Assembly: GCA_934122275.1 (NCBI GenBank)
Contig: CAKOWI010000003.1
Location: 29,952 to 93,951 of the forward strand
Source of the DNA: an uncultured Bacilli bacterium
Lineage (GTDB): Bacteria > Bacillota_I > Bacilli_A > RF39 > UBA660
Length of the DNA: 64,000 nucleotides
Direction of reading: 5' to 3'
A program made the position numbers and the translations under genes. The notes beneath the pieces are model-generated. The model was not told the origin of the DNA and searched no databases. It was given only the letters and a program-made list of their open reading frames with translations. This document shows, piece by piece, positions 36,298-46,049 of the stretch; within the stretch, counting starts at the first letter, position 1, and the number at the start of each line of letters is the position of its first letter.

Positions 36298-39200
36298 CTA
36301 CTGTGTTTGACCAACATAAGATACATTTTTATTTATGTATAGTGTAGCATTCATAAGTCCAGCACCTTTATGTGACTTTGCATAATCTCTTGATGGTTTA
36401 TAAGGAGGATTTTGTAACTCTATATGTAGGTGTGGTCCAGAAGATGAACCGGTATTTCCAACTTTTCCAATTAATTGTCCTTTAGATATCTTATCACCCT
36501 CATTAACAAGTCTCTGACTAAAGTGAGCATAAAGTGTTTTATATCCATTACCATGATCTATTGTAACAAATATCCCGTAAGAATTATATCCCACGTCACA
36601 AATACCCATTCCATAGCAATTTGAAGAATAATCACCTACTTTTGATACTATACCACCATCCATAGCATAAACATTATTACCAGAAACCACATTATCTTTT
36701 TTATTCAAATCTACTGCACCATGATCCTTACCATACTGTCCTCCATTCTTACAGTAAAACGGAAAACAACTTGCATTACCAGAATTTGAAAAGTCTCGAG
36801 TTGTATCACTTGGATCTACTGGATTTCCTAAAAAACCAGTTGCACTTCCATCTCCTACACTACAATAATTTTTAACGATATCAGCTGATTTGTTACTTGT
36901 GAATAAGAAGAAACTTCTGCCATCTGTCATGTAATTTATTATTTCTTCTATATTTAAATAAGTAAAGTCAGGTCTTTCGTTATATTTATTATCCATAGGA
37001 TCTGCTATTATTAATTTACCATCTTGAGTTACTCCTTTTATTACTAAGTAATGGCCACTAGATCCTTTCCATCCAAGTCCAACACTTGCTATAACAAGTC
37101 CTCCAGAATTAAGTGTCTTCTTAACCTTTTCTTCTGCATCTTTAGCTGTTGCTAAAACAGAATCATATGTTAAACCGTGCTTATTTGCTGCATATTTTAA
37201 ATATCCAGGTGCAGTACCAGAAATTCCATCTCCACAGTATCCTGCTTGTCTTGCTTCCTCATTAGTATCAAGTGGTGTTGTACCTTCACCAGTTAAATTT
37301 GCTAAAACCATTGACATAGAAGTTACACCACATCCACTACTAGAAATAGATGAGTTATCACTTCTACCACAAAATGTTTGTTTATAACTTCTTTGTGAAT
37401 AATAAGTAAATTTATCTTCTGGTATTTCACAGCCTCCTACTGAACTTACTCCAACACAAGAACCTGATACTTTAGCTAGTGAACTAGTACTAGCATCATA
37501 TTCAGCAAATCTTGATTCACTATAAGCTCCATTTGTACCATATAAAATAGATTTATAATCCTCTCCTGATGAAGCTAAATTAGCTGCTTTAGTTTGTGAA
37601 AGACAAGAACCAACAGTACATGAACCAATTCCATAATCACTAGCATAACTACCACCAAAAGCTTCATTATCACTATCATAGATATATTCATCTTTTATCT
37701 CATCAAACCATTTTTCATAATTTGCCAATCTTTCTGCAGGTAATTTAGGTTTATTACTACAACCATCATACACATCACAGTAAACTTGATCATTGGTACT
37801 AGATGCCATATGAAAAACTATTTTATCTCCATAATCATCGTATTTTCTACCCATTCCAACAATTCCCGGAACACTACTACCACTTTGAGTTCTACCTAAT
37901 GTAAAACTCTTTGCAGCAATCATTTGTGCTTTTACGTATGCTTCAACATCTGAATCAATTTCTGCATATGTAACACCCATAATATAATCTTTAAAAGACA
38001 ATTCTGATTTGTAAATATCACTAGGAGATAAACTACTGCTATTATACACAGTTACATACATTTCATTTCTTATTAAGTTTCCTCCATCTGAATAGCCTAA
38101 ACTAGTAGATGCAGTAGAACATATTATATTTGTATACACATATTCTAAAAATAAATCCTTTTTCGCATATAATTCTTCTATTATAGCATCTGCAAATTCA
38201 TCTCTTAACTCATTTTTAACAGAGTCAAACATTTCTTTATATCCGTTATATGCTTCAAAAGAATCATCAAATCCAGAATATCCTTTATCTTTTTTAAAGT
38301 AGTTATCTTTAAGATATTCTTTAAATTGTTCTTCAGTAGAACCATTTAGCTCTTTCAAGATTTTTTTCAATTTTCTTCTAATCTTACTTTTTCTAAGTGG
38401 CTGAAGATACATATCATTTTCCTCTTTATCATTTGCATCGTCATCAACATCTTCGGTATCATTATCAGCATCAATCTCTTCAGTATCATCATCAATATCT
38501 ATCGGTGTTTCATCTGTTGCATCCTTTTCTAAATAACTTAAAACATTTCCATCATGTAACGTACCAAAATAAGGATACAAAACCGTTATCATTGCAAGAG
38601 AACCATCAGCATTAGGATACTTTGCAAAAAGTTTTCTCATCTTTTGAAGCGTTTTTTGGTCTGCTTTTGAATAATTGCTTGTATTATCACTATCATTTAC
38701 ATCACCACCAGGACCTGGTTGAAGTGTTACTATAATAAATATTATTACTAATGTAACTATAAGTATAGCTAATACTGCAACAACAATATACCAGTAATTA
38801 ACAACAAATTCAATAATTTTTTGGATTGCTTTAACCGTTTTTTTAGCCTTATCAACTTTATCTTTAACATTATTAACTGCTTGACCTGTCTTTGTTTTAT
38901 TTGCAGCTTGTTTAGCTAAATTTTTTGGATTTGCTTTATTTTTAATCCTATCTTTTAAACTTCCCTTATTATCAGAATTATTATTGTTATTATTTCTATT
39001 TCTATTATTTTCTTGCTTATTTTTAGCTTCTTGCCTTTTTTCATCTGAACTAGATTTTGGTTTTTTGTTATCTTTTTGATTATTTTTATCACTTTTGTTA
39101 TTTTTTTGATTATCATGATTGCTTTTAGGATTTTCTTGTGGTTTATTTTCTTGTGGCTGATTTTTATTTCCATCATTATTTTTTTCTTGATTTTCATTAT

Positions 39201-39798
39201 TTTTGTTAGAATTTTCTCCATTTTTATTCTCATCTTTTTTATCAGAATTTTTCCCATCCTGATTTTCATCTTTTTTATCAAGGTTTTCTTTATCTCGATT
39301 CTCATCTTTTTTATCAGGATTTTTCTCATCCTCATTCTCATCTTTTTTATCAAGGTTTTCTTTATCTTGATTCTCATCTTTTTTATCAGGATTTTCCTCA
39401 TCTTGATTCTCATCTTTTTTATCAGGATTTTCCTCATCTTGATTCTCATCTTTTTTATCAAGGTTTTCTTCACCTTGATTTTCATCATTTTCGTTACTTT
39501 TAGTTTCATTTTTGATGGAATCTGCTATTTCTTGGTCATTATTATCTGACAAATCTTCCATATAATCATCTAGAACACTTTCACTTTCTTCAGTATTTGA
39601 AGATGGTAATTCTTCAAATTTAATATCTGCTTTACCAGATATTTTTACATTTGTTGGTTCAACTTCTATATCTTTTATTTCAAATTCTATTTCATCGTTC
39701 CCACTTTTATTTTCTGCATTAGTATTATTTACATTATTCTTACTAGCATTTTCAACATTACTCTTTTTTTCATTATTGTATCTATCGTTTGTATTCAT
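36298..39798 (-). CDS. Giant T4SS-associated cell-wall hydrolase: acidic repeat region, transmembrane segment, SpoIID/LytB-like domain, C39-like/papain-like cysteine peptidase domain, and M23 metallopeptidase domain
   Basis: Transmembrane segment IVVAVLAILIVTLVIIFIIVTL. YIMGVTYAEIDSDVEAYVKAQMIAAKSFTL is SpoIID-like. SSSGCGVTSMSMVLANL...GHYLVIKG is C39-like. DHGAVDL...GYKTLYAHFS...GNTGSSSGPHLHIELQ matches the M23 HxxxD and HxH motifs. Confidence 0.7.
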   Translation of the reverse strand: MNTNDRYNNEKKSNVENASKNNVNNTNAENKSGNDEIEFEIKDIEVEPTNVKISGKADIKFEELPSSNTEESESVLDDYMEDLSDNNDQEIADSIKNETKSNENDENQGEENLDKKDENQDEENPDKKDENQDEENPDKKDENQDKENLDKKDENEDEKNPDKKDENRDKENLDKKDENQDGKNSDKKDENKNGENSNKNNENQEKNNDGNKNQPQENKPQENPKSNHDNQKNNKSDKNNQKDNKKPKSSSDEKRQEAKNKQENNRNRNNNNNNSDNKGSLKDRIKNKANPKNLAKQAANKTKTGQAVNNVKDKVDKAKKTVKAIQKIIEFVVNYWYIVVAVLAILIVTLVIIFIIVTLQPGPGGDVNDSDNTSNYSKADQKTLQKMRKLFAKYPNADGSLAMITVLYPYFGTLHDGNVLSYLEKDATDETPIDIDDDTEEIDADNDTEDVDDDANDKEENDMYLQPLRKSKIRRKLKKILKELNGSTEEQFKEYLKDNYFKKDKGYSGFDDSFEAYNGYKEMFDSVKNELRDEFADAIIEELYAKKDLFLEYVYTNIICSTASTSLGYSDGGNLIRNEMYVTVYNSSSLSPSDIYKSELSFKDYIMGVTYAEIDSDVEAYVKAQMIAAKSFTLGRTQSGSSVPGIVGMGRKYDDYGDKIVFHMASSTNDQVYCDVYDGCSNKPKLPAERLANYEKWFDEIKDEYIYDSDNEAFGGSYASDYGIGSCTVGSCLSQTKAANLASSGEDYKSILYGTNGAYSESRFAEYDASTSSLAKVSGSCVGVSSVGGCEIPEDKFTYYSQRSYKQTFCGRSDNSSISSSGCGVTSMSMVLANLTGEGTTPLDTNEEARQAGYCGDGISGTAPGYLKYAANKHGLTYDSVLATAKDAEEKVKKTLNSGGLVIASVGLGWKGSSGHYLVIKGVTQDGKLIIADPMDNKYNERPDFTYLNIEEIINYMTDGRSFFLFTSNKSADIVKNYCSVGDGSATGFLGNPVDPSDTTRDFSNSGNASCFPFYCKNGGQYGKDHGAVDLNKKDNVVSGNNVYAMDGGIVSKVGDYSSNCYGMGICDVGYNSYGIFVTIDHGNGYKTLYAHFSQRLVNEGDKISKGQLIGKVGNTGSSSGPHLHIELQNPPYKPSRDYAKSHKGAGLMNATLYINKNVSYVGQTQ
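39211..39489. repeat. In-frame 36-bp tandem repeat, about 8 copies, encoding DKKDENQDEENP-type units
   Basis: The unit ctcatcttttttatcaggattttcctcatcttgatt recurs, with two adjacent perfect copies around 39370-39441. It encodes aa ~104-196 of the hydrolase. Confidence 0.85.
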
Positions 39799-39871
39799 AT
39801 CAGCACCACCAAAACTTTAGTATTAACATAATCATATTGTAACAAATTTTTTAACATTTAACAATATCAGT

Positions 39872-39902
39872 GAAAAATAAAAAGACGGATTTCCCGTCTT
39901 TT
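39872..39902 (-). terminator. Intrinsic terminator between VirB4 and the hydrolase gene
   Basis: AAAGACGG-GAAAT-CCGTCTTT followed by TTTATTTTT on the minus strand. Confidence 0.65.
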
Positions 39903-39905
39903 ATA

Positions 39906-41702
39906 TTATAATCCACCACCAGATCCAAATGAATCTAGTTCTGCTTCTGTAACAGTTACATCAACACGCATTCTTCTACTTCCACAAACTAATAGAGCTT
40001 CACCTTGATTGTACTTTTTAATACTTTCTTTTTCTTGTTCATTAAGGTCTATTAATTTTGCTAAATCTTCAGCACCTTGCTTTTTAAGACCCATAACTAA
40101 GTAATACGAAGCATTATCAAAAATTGCTTTGCCCTGTGTTATTACTGATGGTTCAGCAAAGTCACTTGGCTGTTGTGTAATTATTAAAGTACCACTGTTG
40201 TACTTTCTAGCACGTCTTTGAATTTGTGCTAAAAAGTCAGCACCTATAGTATTATTACCAGAAAGTAAAATATGAGCTTCATCTACCATTAATACTGTAT
40301 TTGTAGAGCGATCTAAGCAATGACTCCATGCATACTTTAATATATTAAAGAATAAAGCATTTCTAATATTTTCATCTGCATTCATCAAATCCCTAATATT
40401 AAATACTATAAATTTAGACATAGGTTTTATAGTTGTATGATTATCAAAATAATACTTTAACTCTTTTGTAAGCGGTCTTATTTTAAGTTCTAGTTTTTCT
40501 AATATATCTCTTTCATGAGTTATTTGATCACCAAATGCCTCAAGTCTTCTAACTAAAGTTTCATAAAGGTCAGAAAATGTTGGATATTCATTAGAACTTA
40601 AATTTGAAAAATCTGTTTCAAAAGATATACCAAAACGTTGATAAGTTAATTGTGCCATTTCACTAAACATAGTTAATACATCTTCGGTAATGGTTGGATC
40701 ATAATATTTCATAAATGCTTTTAAGAACTGTAATGTTTTAGTTAAAACAGTATATCCCAAACCATTTCTTAATTCTTCCTCATCAGCTTCTAATATAACT
40801 TCAAGTGGATTTATCATGCCAAATTCTCCGCCTTTACCAAGGTCAATAAAGTCTCCACCCATTCTAGATGCCATTTCCTCTAATTCACCTTCAGGATCTA
40901 TTACAACTGTCTTATAACCATTTCTTATATAGTTTCTAACAAGTAATTTAGCCGCTGTTGATTTACCACTACCTGTAGTACCAAGTATGATCATATTAGC
41001 ATTATTTCTATTAAACTCTTTTCTTATTTGATATAAGAATTGATTAAATAATATAACACCACCAGAGAAATCTGTTCCAAGAAGACAAGATGGACCTGGA
41101 TCCTTTAAGCTGTCAAAGATAAATGGATACATTGCCGCTATTGTAGGAGATGCAATTGGTGTACCTATTTGATCTTCTATATCTTGCTTTGGAAATAATG
41201 GAATTATAGATTTAAGTACTTTTCTTTGTTCAAATCTTAATGGAATTGCTCTAATTTCCATAGTTGATAAAAAGTTTTTAACTTGTAGTTTCTTTTGATT
41301 TAGTTCCTCTTTACTATCAGCTGAAACAACTAAATGCATTTGAAAATCAAATATTTTAGATTGATTAGTTGTAATCATTTGAATAAAATCATTTAATGAT
41401 TCAGAATCCTGTCTTATCTGTTCTTGAGCTGTTTTATCATTTTCCTTTTCATATTGAGCTTTTAAATCCGCTAATTGTTTATTAAGCATCTTAGTCATTA
41501 CATCAAAAGGAAGAGGAATATGTTTAATAACTACTTTTACACCAGGTGTACTGGTTATATCAGAAAGAAAACCTGGACTTATCCACTTTGGATAAGAAAC
41601 CACAGTTAGTATAGTACACCATTTATCACTAATTATAAACTCTGAAGGCTTAAATTCTAACCCTTTAGGTGCTAATTCTTTTTTTATACTAATATTTCCC
41701 AT
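39906..41702 (-). CDS. VirB4/TraE-family conjugal ATPase, ATPase portion of a split gene
   Basis: Walker A ILGTTGSGKSTAAKLL, Walker B VLMVDEAHILL, and GTLIITQQPSDF. The start ATG shares one nt with the upstream stop (TAATG). Confidence 0.8.
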   Translation of the reverse strand: MGNISIKKELAPKGLEFKPSEFIISDKWCTILTVVSYPKWISPGFLSDITSTPGVKVVIKHIPLPFDVMTKMLNKQLADLKAQYEKENDKTAQEQIRQDSESLNDFIQMITTNQSKIFDFQMHLVVSADSKEELNQKKLQVKNFLSTMEIRAIPLRFEQRKVLKSIIPLFPKQDIEDQIGTPIASPTIAAMYPFIFDSLKDPGPSCLLGTDFSGGVILFNQFLYQIRKEFNRNNANMIILGTTGSGKSTAAKLLVRNYIRNGYKTVVIDPEGELEEMASRMGGDFIDLGKGGEFGMINPLEVILEADEEELRNGLGYTVLTKTLQFLKAFMKYYDPTITEDVLTMFSEMAQLTYQRFGISFETDFSNLSSNEYPTFSDLYETLVRRLEAFGDQITHERDILEKLELKIRPLTKELKYYFDNHTTIKPMSKFIVFNIRDLMNADENIRNALFFNILKYAWSHCLDRSTNTVLMVDEAHILLSGNNTIGADFLAQIQRRARKYNSGTLIITQQPSDFAEPSVITQGKAIFDNASYYLVMGLKKQGAEDLAKLIDLNEQEKESIKKYNQGEALLVCGSRRMRVDVTVTEAELDSFGSGGGL

Positions 41703-42241
41703 TATGATAACACCGTCCCAAATTCAGTTTTTTTACCCCCGTTTAAGAAATTATCTAATATACTTCTTAAATCACCATCATTAGCTTGACTGCCCACCAT
41801 ACCAGCATTAGCAAGCCCACTTATTATAAGTCTTAACTTCTTTTGAATCATATCAACACTTTTGTCCCTAAATAGAAAATAGAATTCTATATCAGATACA
41901 TTATCACTAAAGTCCTCAGCCTTATTTAAATCTTGATTTATTAGTTTTCTTCTTACTGGATCATTTATTTGATTATACATCATCTGCATCTCTGCTATAT
42001 AAACTGATATATCAACTGGTCTGTCTGCAATAACAAGCCAGAATTCAAAAGTAAGCGAGTTATATAAATCCTTAAGTCCATCAATTACTCTAAATTGATC
42101 GTTTTCATCCATAATGAATATATTCTTTGGTGCAACTTTTACTCCTGCAACCTTATATCCATTATCAAGCTCTATCATGCTATTTGCTATATTCCTTATA
42201 GGAACAAAACTTTCTGTTGTTACTCTATTCGTTGTACTCAT
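41702..42241 (-). CDS. VirB4 N-terminal domain encoded as a separate ORF
   Basis: FVPIRNIANSMIELDNGYKVAGVKVAPKNIF...FWLVIADRPVDIS resembles the N-terminal region of Gram-positive VirB4 homologues (Tn916 Orf16, TcpF, PrgJ) as I recall them. The combined length of 777 aa is typical of full-length VirB4. Confidence 0.55.
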   Translation of the reverse strand: MSTTNRVTTESFVPIRNIANSMIELDNGYKVAGVKVAPKNIFIMDENDQFRVIDGLKDLYNSLTFEFWLVIADRPVDISVYIAEMQMMYNQINDPVRRKLINQDLNKAEDFSDNVSDIEFYFLFRDKSVDMIQKKLRLIISGLANAGMVGSQANDGDLRSILDNFLNGGKKTEFGTVLS

Positions 42242-42542
42242 CTTTTACACGCCATCCTTTCCATACTAATTCATTTTTATCCTTCATATAAAAATTATAT
42301 ATATTTTGTAATATGCATAACACATTATGATAATTGGGTATCGGTAAAACAAGAAATGCACTTATTAAGATAGGCAGTAAAACAATTACACCAAGAACCA
42401 TTGAAGATGGTTGAAATATTAAAAATAGTATAAATGTAACTAATGAACCAACCGATAAAATTATTAAATCAATAGGTCTAAAGGCACTAAATATAAGCTG
42501 TCCTTTTTTAGTATTTGCTGCAATTAAATATTGATTATTCAC
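42225..42542 (-). CDS. PrgI/TcpE-like (VirB3-like) small membrane protein
   Basis: 105 aa with two transmembrane helices, immediately upstream of and overlapping VirB4-N. The position and topology match VirB3 analogues. Confidence 0.5.
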   Translation of the reverse strand: MNNQYLIAANTKKGQLIFSAFRPIDLIILSVGSLVTFILFLIFQPSSMVLGVIVLLPILISAFLVLPIPNYHNVLCILQNIYNFYMKDKNELVWKGWRVKDEYNE

Positions 42543-42558
42543 TTATATCATCCCCTTT

Positions 42559-45147
42559 TTATTTTTTTTCTTCTTTTTCTTCTATACTTTTAATTTTATC
42601 ATCAATTTTTTTAGCAGAAATAGCTAATTGATTAACCTTATCAGCTAGAGTGCCTCCTGGAAGCTTATCAATTACTAGTTTCAATTCTTTTTGCGCATCA
42701 TTAATTTCAGTTATAACTTGTATATTTTCCGTCATAGTTGAATAAAATTGTTGTTCTTCATCAGATATTTTTGTAGCTTCATCCTTGTCTAACAATTCTC
42801 CACTTGTACTATCTGCATATTCTTTAGCATTTTTTTCCATTTTTTCTAATTGATCAATTTGTCTTTCTAGTGTTGCTTTTTCTTCGTCACTTGCAATAGC
42901 CATTCTTTTTGTCGCATCTGAAATAGCATTTTCAATATTCTTTATATTTTGAGATATGCTATCACCTATCGATAAATTAACAAGTGCAGAACCAAAATCA
43001 AATCCACTCATAGCTTGCATCAAACCGTTTCTAATATTTAACGAACTCAAACTTTCATCACTAATATTTTGTTTTGCAGCATTATATGCTGACACAGCTT
43101 GCTGCATAGTATCATTATTTTGACTATAATTATTAATTGCAGTTGTTTGGTAAGAGTTAATAAGTTTTTCTTGATTTTGCATAGCAGAAGAATCTCTGTT
43201 AAATATTCCACCGCAATCTTTTGATATGCTCTCACCAGTAACAGTTTTTCCGTTATCAAACTTTACATTTTCTATTTTACCATCGCTTGTAAGAGAAATC
43301 CCACTCGCAGATAGTCCAGAAATTTTTCCATTTTCTAACTTTATCATTCCCTGATTTAATCCGTACTGAACAGCACCAAAAGTATCGTTATTTATATCTA
43401 TTTTAGATTTAGTCATAGCATCCATTATCTTATTTGCATCGCCTTGTCCAGCAACAACCTTTCCTTGCCCTATTCCGACTTCTTGAATTCCATAATTTCC
43501 GCCTTTGGTCCAACTTTCAACCTTTTTCTGCTTATTAATTGCATCCCTCTTATCGGCCAAAGAAGATGGTGTACCATATACATTTTCCATTGCTCCGGGC
43601 AATCTCATTATTTTTGCTAGTGCTCTATCATAAATACCATTTTTATTATTCATTCCTACTCTGCCAGCAAAATTATCAGTAGCAGTTTTTGCCGCGTTTA
43701 AGGCTCCTTTTATATTATCCGCTTTAAAGCCTAAACTAGCTGAGTTTATAATACCGGAAGCCGTGGACGCAAGCAATCTTTTAGCATTTGAACGATTTGA
43801 TATACCAGCATCACCATATGCTTCTTTTCTCGCTTCATTCAAATGTTTTCTCTGATTAAAATAGCCCTTGATACCACTAGCACCGTCGGTACTATATGAT
43901 TGTCTTGCTTTACGAGTATGCTGAAGATTTTCATTTTTATCTCTTACTGCCTTTTTCTCAGCACGTCTATTCTTATTCTCGTTGATGAATCCTCGAACCC
44001 CACCAGCTCCAGCAGCTGCGGCTGTATTTGCCACCTTATGTCCAACTTTTGTTAAGGCTCCTCCTATTAAGGCAGCAGAACCTAATTTCTTACCAATTCC
44101 TAAGCCACCTAAACCAGCATCAATTCCTATTAATTTTCCAATCCACTCTGGTGCTTTTTTTGCGAAAATAAGAATAGATATTAATACAGTTAACTTTCCT
44201 ATACCTTTTTCATACCATTCGGAGAAATTAATTTTAGGTATAAGACTAATGAGCAAAAGGGTTAAGGAAATGATTGCTAATTTTATAAATAAACTAGCAT
44301 AAGTTTTTAAGGTTGTAGTTACCCAGTTTTTAAATGGTCCAGATTTAGCTGATTTTGGATCTACATATGTTGCAATAAATAATGGTGCTACAATTTGAAG
44401 AACTGCTAGCTCAACAGTTCTAATACCTATATCAATCGCAAAACTAAATAATATATACGTTAAGAAAATTCCAACCACAAACGTAAGCATCGCTTTATAA
44501 ATATACACAAATTCTTTTTCGCCATTTACCGTTTCTTGTACAGAGGCATATTTTGCAAGAGAAGTCATCTTAAATCCGCCATTTTCAGGGTCATCTTCAC
44601 CAGTCATTGTTTTTCCAGCCGCCATGTTTTCATAAGCGGTTTTTGCATCTTGACATTTACCAGAACAAGATGTTATATTTTCATTCCAAGTAATTAAAGC
44701 TCCTATTGCAATGCTTTGCATGGCTCTACCCGGATTAGTCTTTTCTAAAGTTTCAGTATTCAAAAATAGCCTATCCACGACATGATTTTTTACTATAAGT
44801 GCTTGAATGTCATAAGCTTTTTCAAACACTTTTGGAACTGCTATTAGCATAGCAAACATAATTAATATATTTATTCCGACGTTTGCTATTCCATTTCCTT
44901 TTTCTGTTAACTTATCCGGATTAATCATAGCATTGACCAAAATAATGGCAACCCTAAAAAACGCAAATAATCCCATGACAACATATAAATTTTTCATAAC
45001 TGTCTCTATAGTATCTGTACTAAACAACGGATTTTTTGCCATATCATTAATTAAATTGTATGCATTATCAACTAAACCAAAAACTACAGAATCTAAGGCC
45101 ATCCCAATCGTTCTTAATATACCAATAAAATTTATTAATATTTCCAT
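42559..45147 (-). CDS. VirB6-like polytopic membrane protein with a long C-terminal Gly/Ala-rich and coiled-coil extension
   Basis: About 6-7 transmembrane segments in the first ~380 aa, then GAALIGGALTKVGHKVANTAAAAGAGGV and a soluble ~450-aa tail. The position equals Tn916 Orf15, TcpH or PrgH. Confidence 0.55.
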   Translation of the reverse strand: MEILINFIGILRTIGMALDSVVFGLVDNAYNLINDMAKNPLFSTDTIETVMKNLYVVMGLFAFFRVAIILVNAMINPDKLTEKGNGIANVGINILIMFAMLIAVPKVFEKAYDIQALIVKNHVVDRLFLNTETLEKTNPGRAMQSIAIGALITWNENITSCSGKCQDAKTAYENMAAGKTMTGEDDPENGGFKMTSLAKYASVQETVNGEKEFVYIYKAMLTFVVGIFLTYILFSFAIDIGIRTVELAVLQIVAPLFIATYVDPKSAKSGPFKNWVTTTLKTYASLFIKLAIISLTLLLISLIPKINFSEWYEKGIGKLTVLISILIFAKKAPEWIGKLIGIDAGLGGLGIGKKLGSAALIGGALTKVGHKVANTAAAAGAGGVRGFINENKNRRAEKKAVRDKNENLQHTRKARQSYSTDGASGIKGYFNQRKHLNEARKEAYGDAGISNRSNAKRLLASTASGIINSASLGFKADNIKGALNAAKTATDNFAGRVGMNNKNGIYDRALAKIMRLPGAMENVYGTPSSLADKRDAINKQKKVESWTKGGNYGIQEVGIGQGKVVAGQGDANKIMDAMTKSKIDINNDTFGAVQYGLNQGMIKLENGKISGLSASGISLTSDGKIENVKFDNGKTVTGESISKDCGGIFNRDSSAMQNQEKLINSYQTTAINNYSQNNDTMQQAVSAYNAAKQNISDESLSSLNIRNGLMQAMSGFDFGSALVNLSIGDSISQNIKNIENAISDATKRMAIASDEEKATLERQIDQLEKMEKNAKEYADSTSGELLDKDEATKISDEEQQFYSTMTENIQVITEINDAQKELKLVIDKLPGGTLADKVNQLAISAKKIDDKIKSIEEKEEKK

Positions 45148-45156
45148 ATAATCCTC

Positions 45157-45930
45157 CTAAAAACAAAGTGAATCTTCTAGACCAAACCATGTAAAGATTA
45201 TTCTTATAAGTAGTGGTAAATACATTAGTATGCAAAGTGCTATTACTCTTTTAATAAAATTTACACTGCTTTTCTTAATAGCATCACTATCATTGTTTCC
45301 TACTGCTTTTACAAAATCAATAGTTCCCATAACCATTACTAATATTGGTGTTAATAATATAAGATATCCCCATAATTCTTTTACTATTTCTCTAATTGAA
45401 TCATCACATGCAAGATTCTTGGTAGGTGTAAGATTTCCCATAGAACTAGTATTTCCACCAGAAGAACTAGAAGAATTTGATGATTTTACATTAGCCGCGT
45501 CAGTTTGAACATCTATTATTTCCGGAGTTATATCATCAATCTTAGTTTTCTTTATATCAGATGCATTAACGGTTATACTTTTAGTATTATTTCTGTCAAC
45601 TTCTAATTCAAAAATCACATTTCCATAGGTTCCAAAATCAGAACTACTTAAACTTTTACTGCACGTTGTACCATCATTATTAGTAATTAAATAATCTATT
45701 GTATGAACAGTACTAGTTTTTCTTGCTCTAACATCAATTTTATAAATTAAAGTGCTATCAGTACTTTTTTCCTTATCAACTTTCTGTTCTATATTACCAC
45801 CAAAATCTGTATTATTACCGTGATCAGATAAAGTATATTTTCCACACTCATCAGCTTTAACACCTGCTATTCCAACCAAAAAAGGAATAATAAGTAAAAG
45901 CATAAACAATAATTTTTTAACTTTTCTCAT
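45157..45930 (-). CDS. Secreted protein with a C-terminal VirB2/pilin-like two-helix domain (large paralogue)
   Basis: Signal peptide, beta-rich domain, Ser-rich linker, then PILVMVMGTIDFVKAVGNNDSDAIKKSSVNFIKRVIALCILMYLPLL, which aligns with the 108-aa protein. ATG at 45930 after an AAAGGATGA RBS. Confidence 0.55.
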   Translation of the reverse strand: MRKVKKLLFMLLLIIPFLVGIAGVKADECGKYTLSDHGNNTDFGGNIEQKVDKEKSTDSTLIYKIDVRARKTSTVHTIDYLITNNDGTTCSKSLSSSDFGTYGNVIFELEVDRNNTKSITVNASDIKKTKIDDITPEIIDVQTDAANVKSSNSSSSSGGNTSSMGNLTPTKNLACDDSIREIVKELWGYLILLTPILVMVMGTIDFVKAVGNNDSDAIKKSSVNFIKRVIALCILMYLPLLIRIIFTWFGLEDSLCF

Positions 45931-46013
45931 AATAAATATCATCCTTTAAACAAATTTTAACTATTATCATAATAAGAATAACATTTTTTTGTAAAAATTA
46001 AAACCCTTTTTAT

Positions 46014-46044
46014 CAAATAAAAAAAGAAACTAATCTTAGTTTCT
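46014..46044 (-). terminator. Intrinsic terminator directly after the small pilin-like gene
   Basis: AGAAACTAA-GA-TTAGTTTCT followed by TTTTTTT on the minus strand. Confidence 0.6.
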
Positions 46045-46049
46045 ATTTA

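Noticed and set aside
39211-39489. Regularly spaced 36-bp repeats that might be taken for a CRISPR array.
   Set aside because: The units are directly adjacent with no spacers, they lie in-frame within a long coding sequence, and there are no cas genes.
38955-39549. Two long ORFs (184 aa on the minus strand, 157 aa on the plus strand) with extremely repetitive K/I/M or F/I/L sequence.
   Set aside because: They are alternative-frame and antisense readings of the 36-bp tandem repeat inside the 1166-aa hydrolase gene. Their composition is a repeat artefact and they have no RBS.
43047-44302. ORFs at 43047-43259 (minus strand, different frame) and 43982-44302 (plus strand) inside the VirB6-like gene.
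   Set aside because: They are embedded in the 862-aa ORF. The Pro/Ala-rich 106-aa product is the antisense of the Gly/Ala-rich segment.
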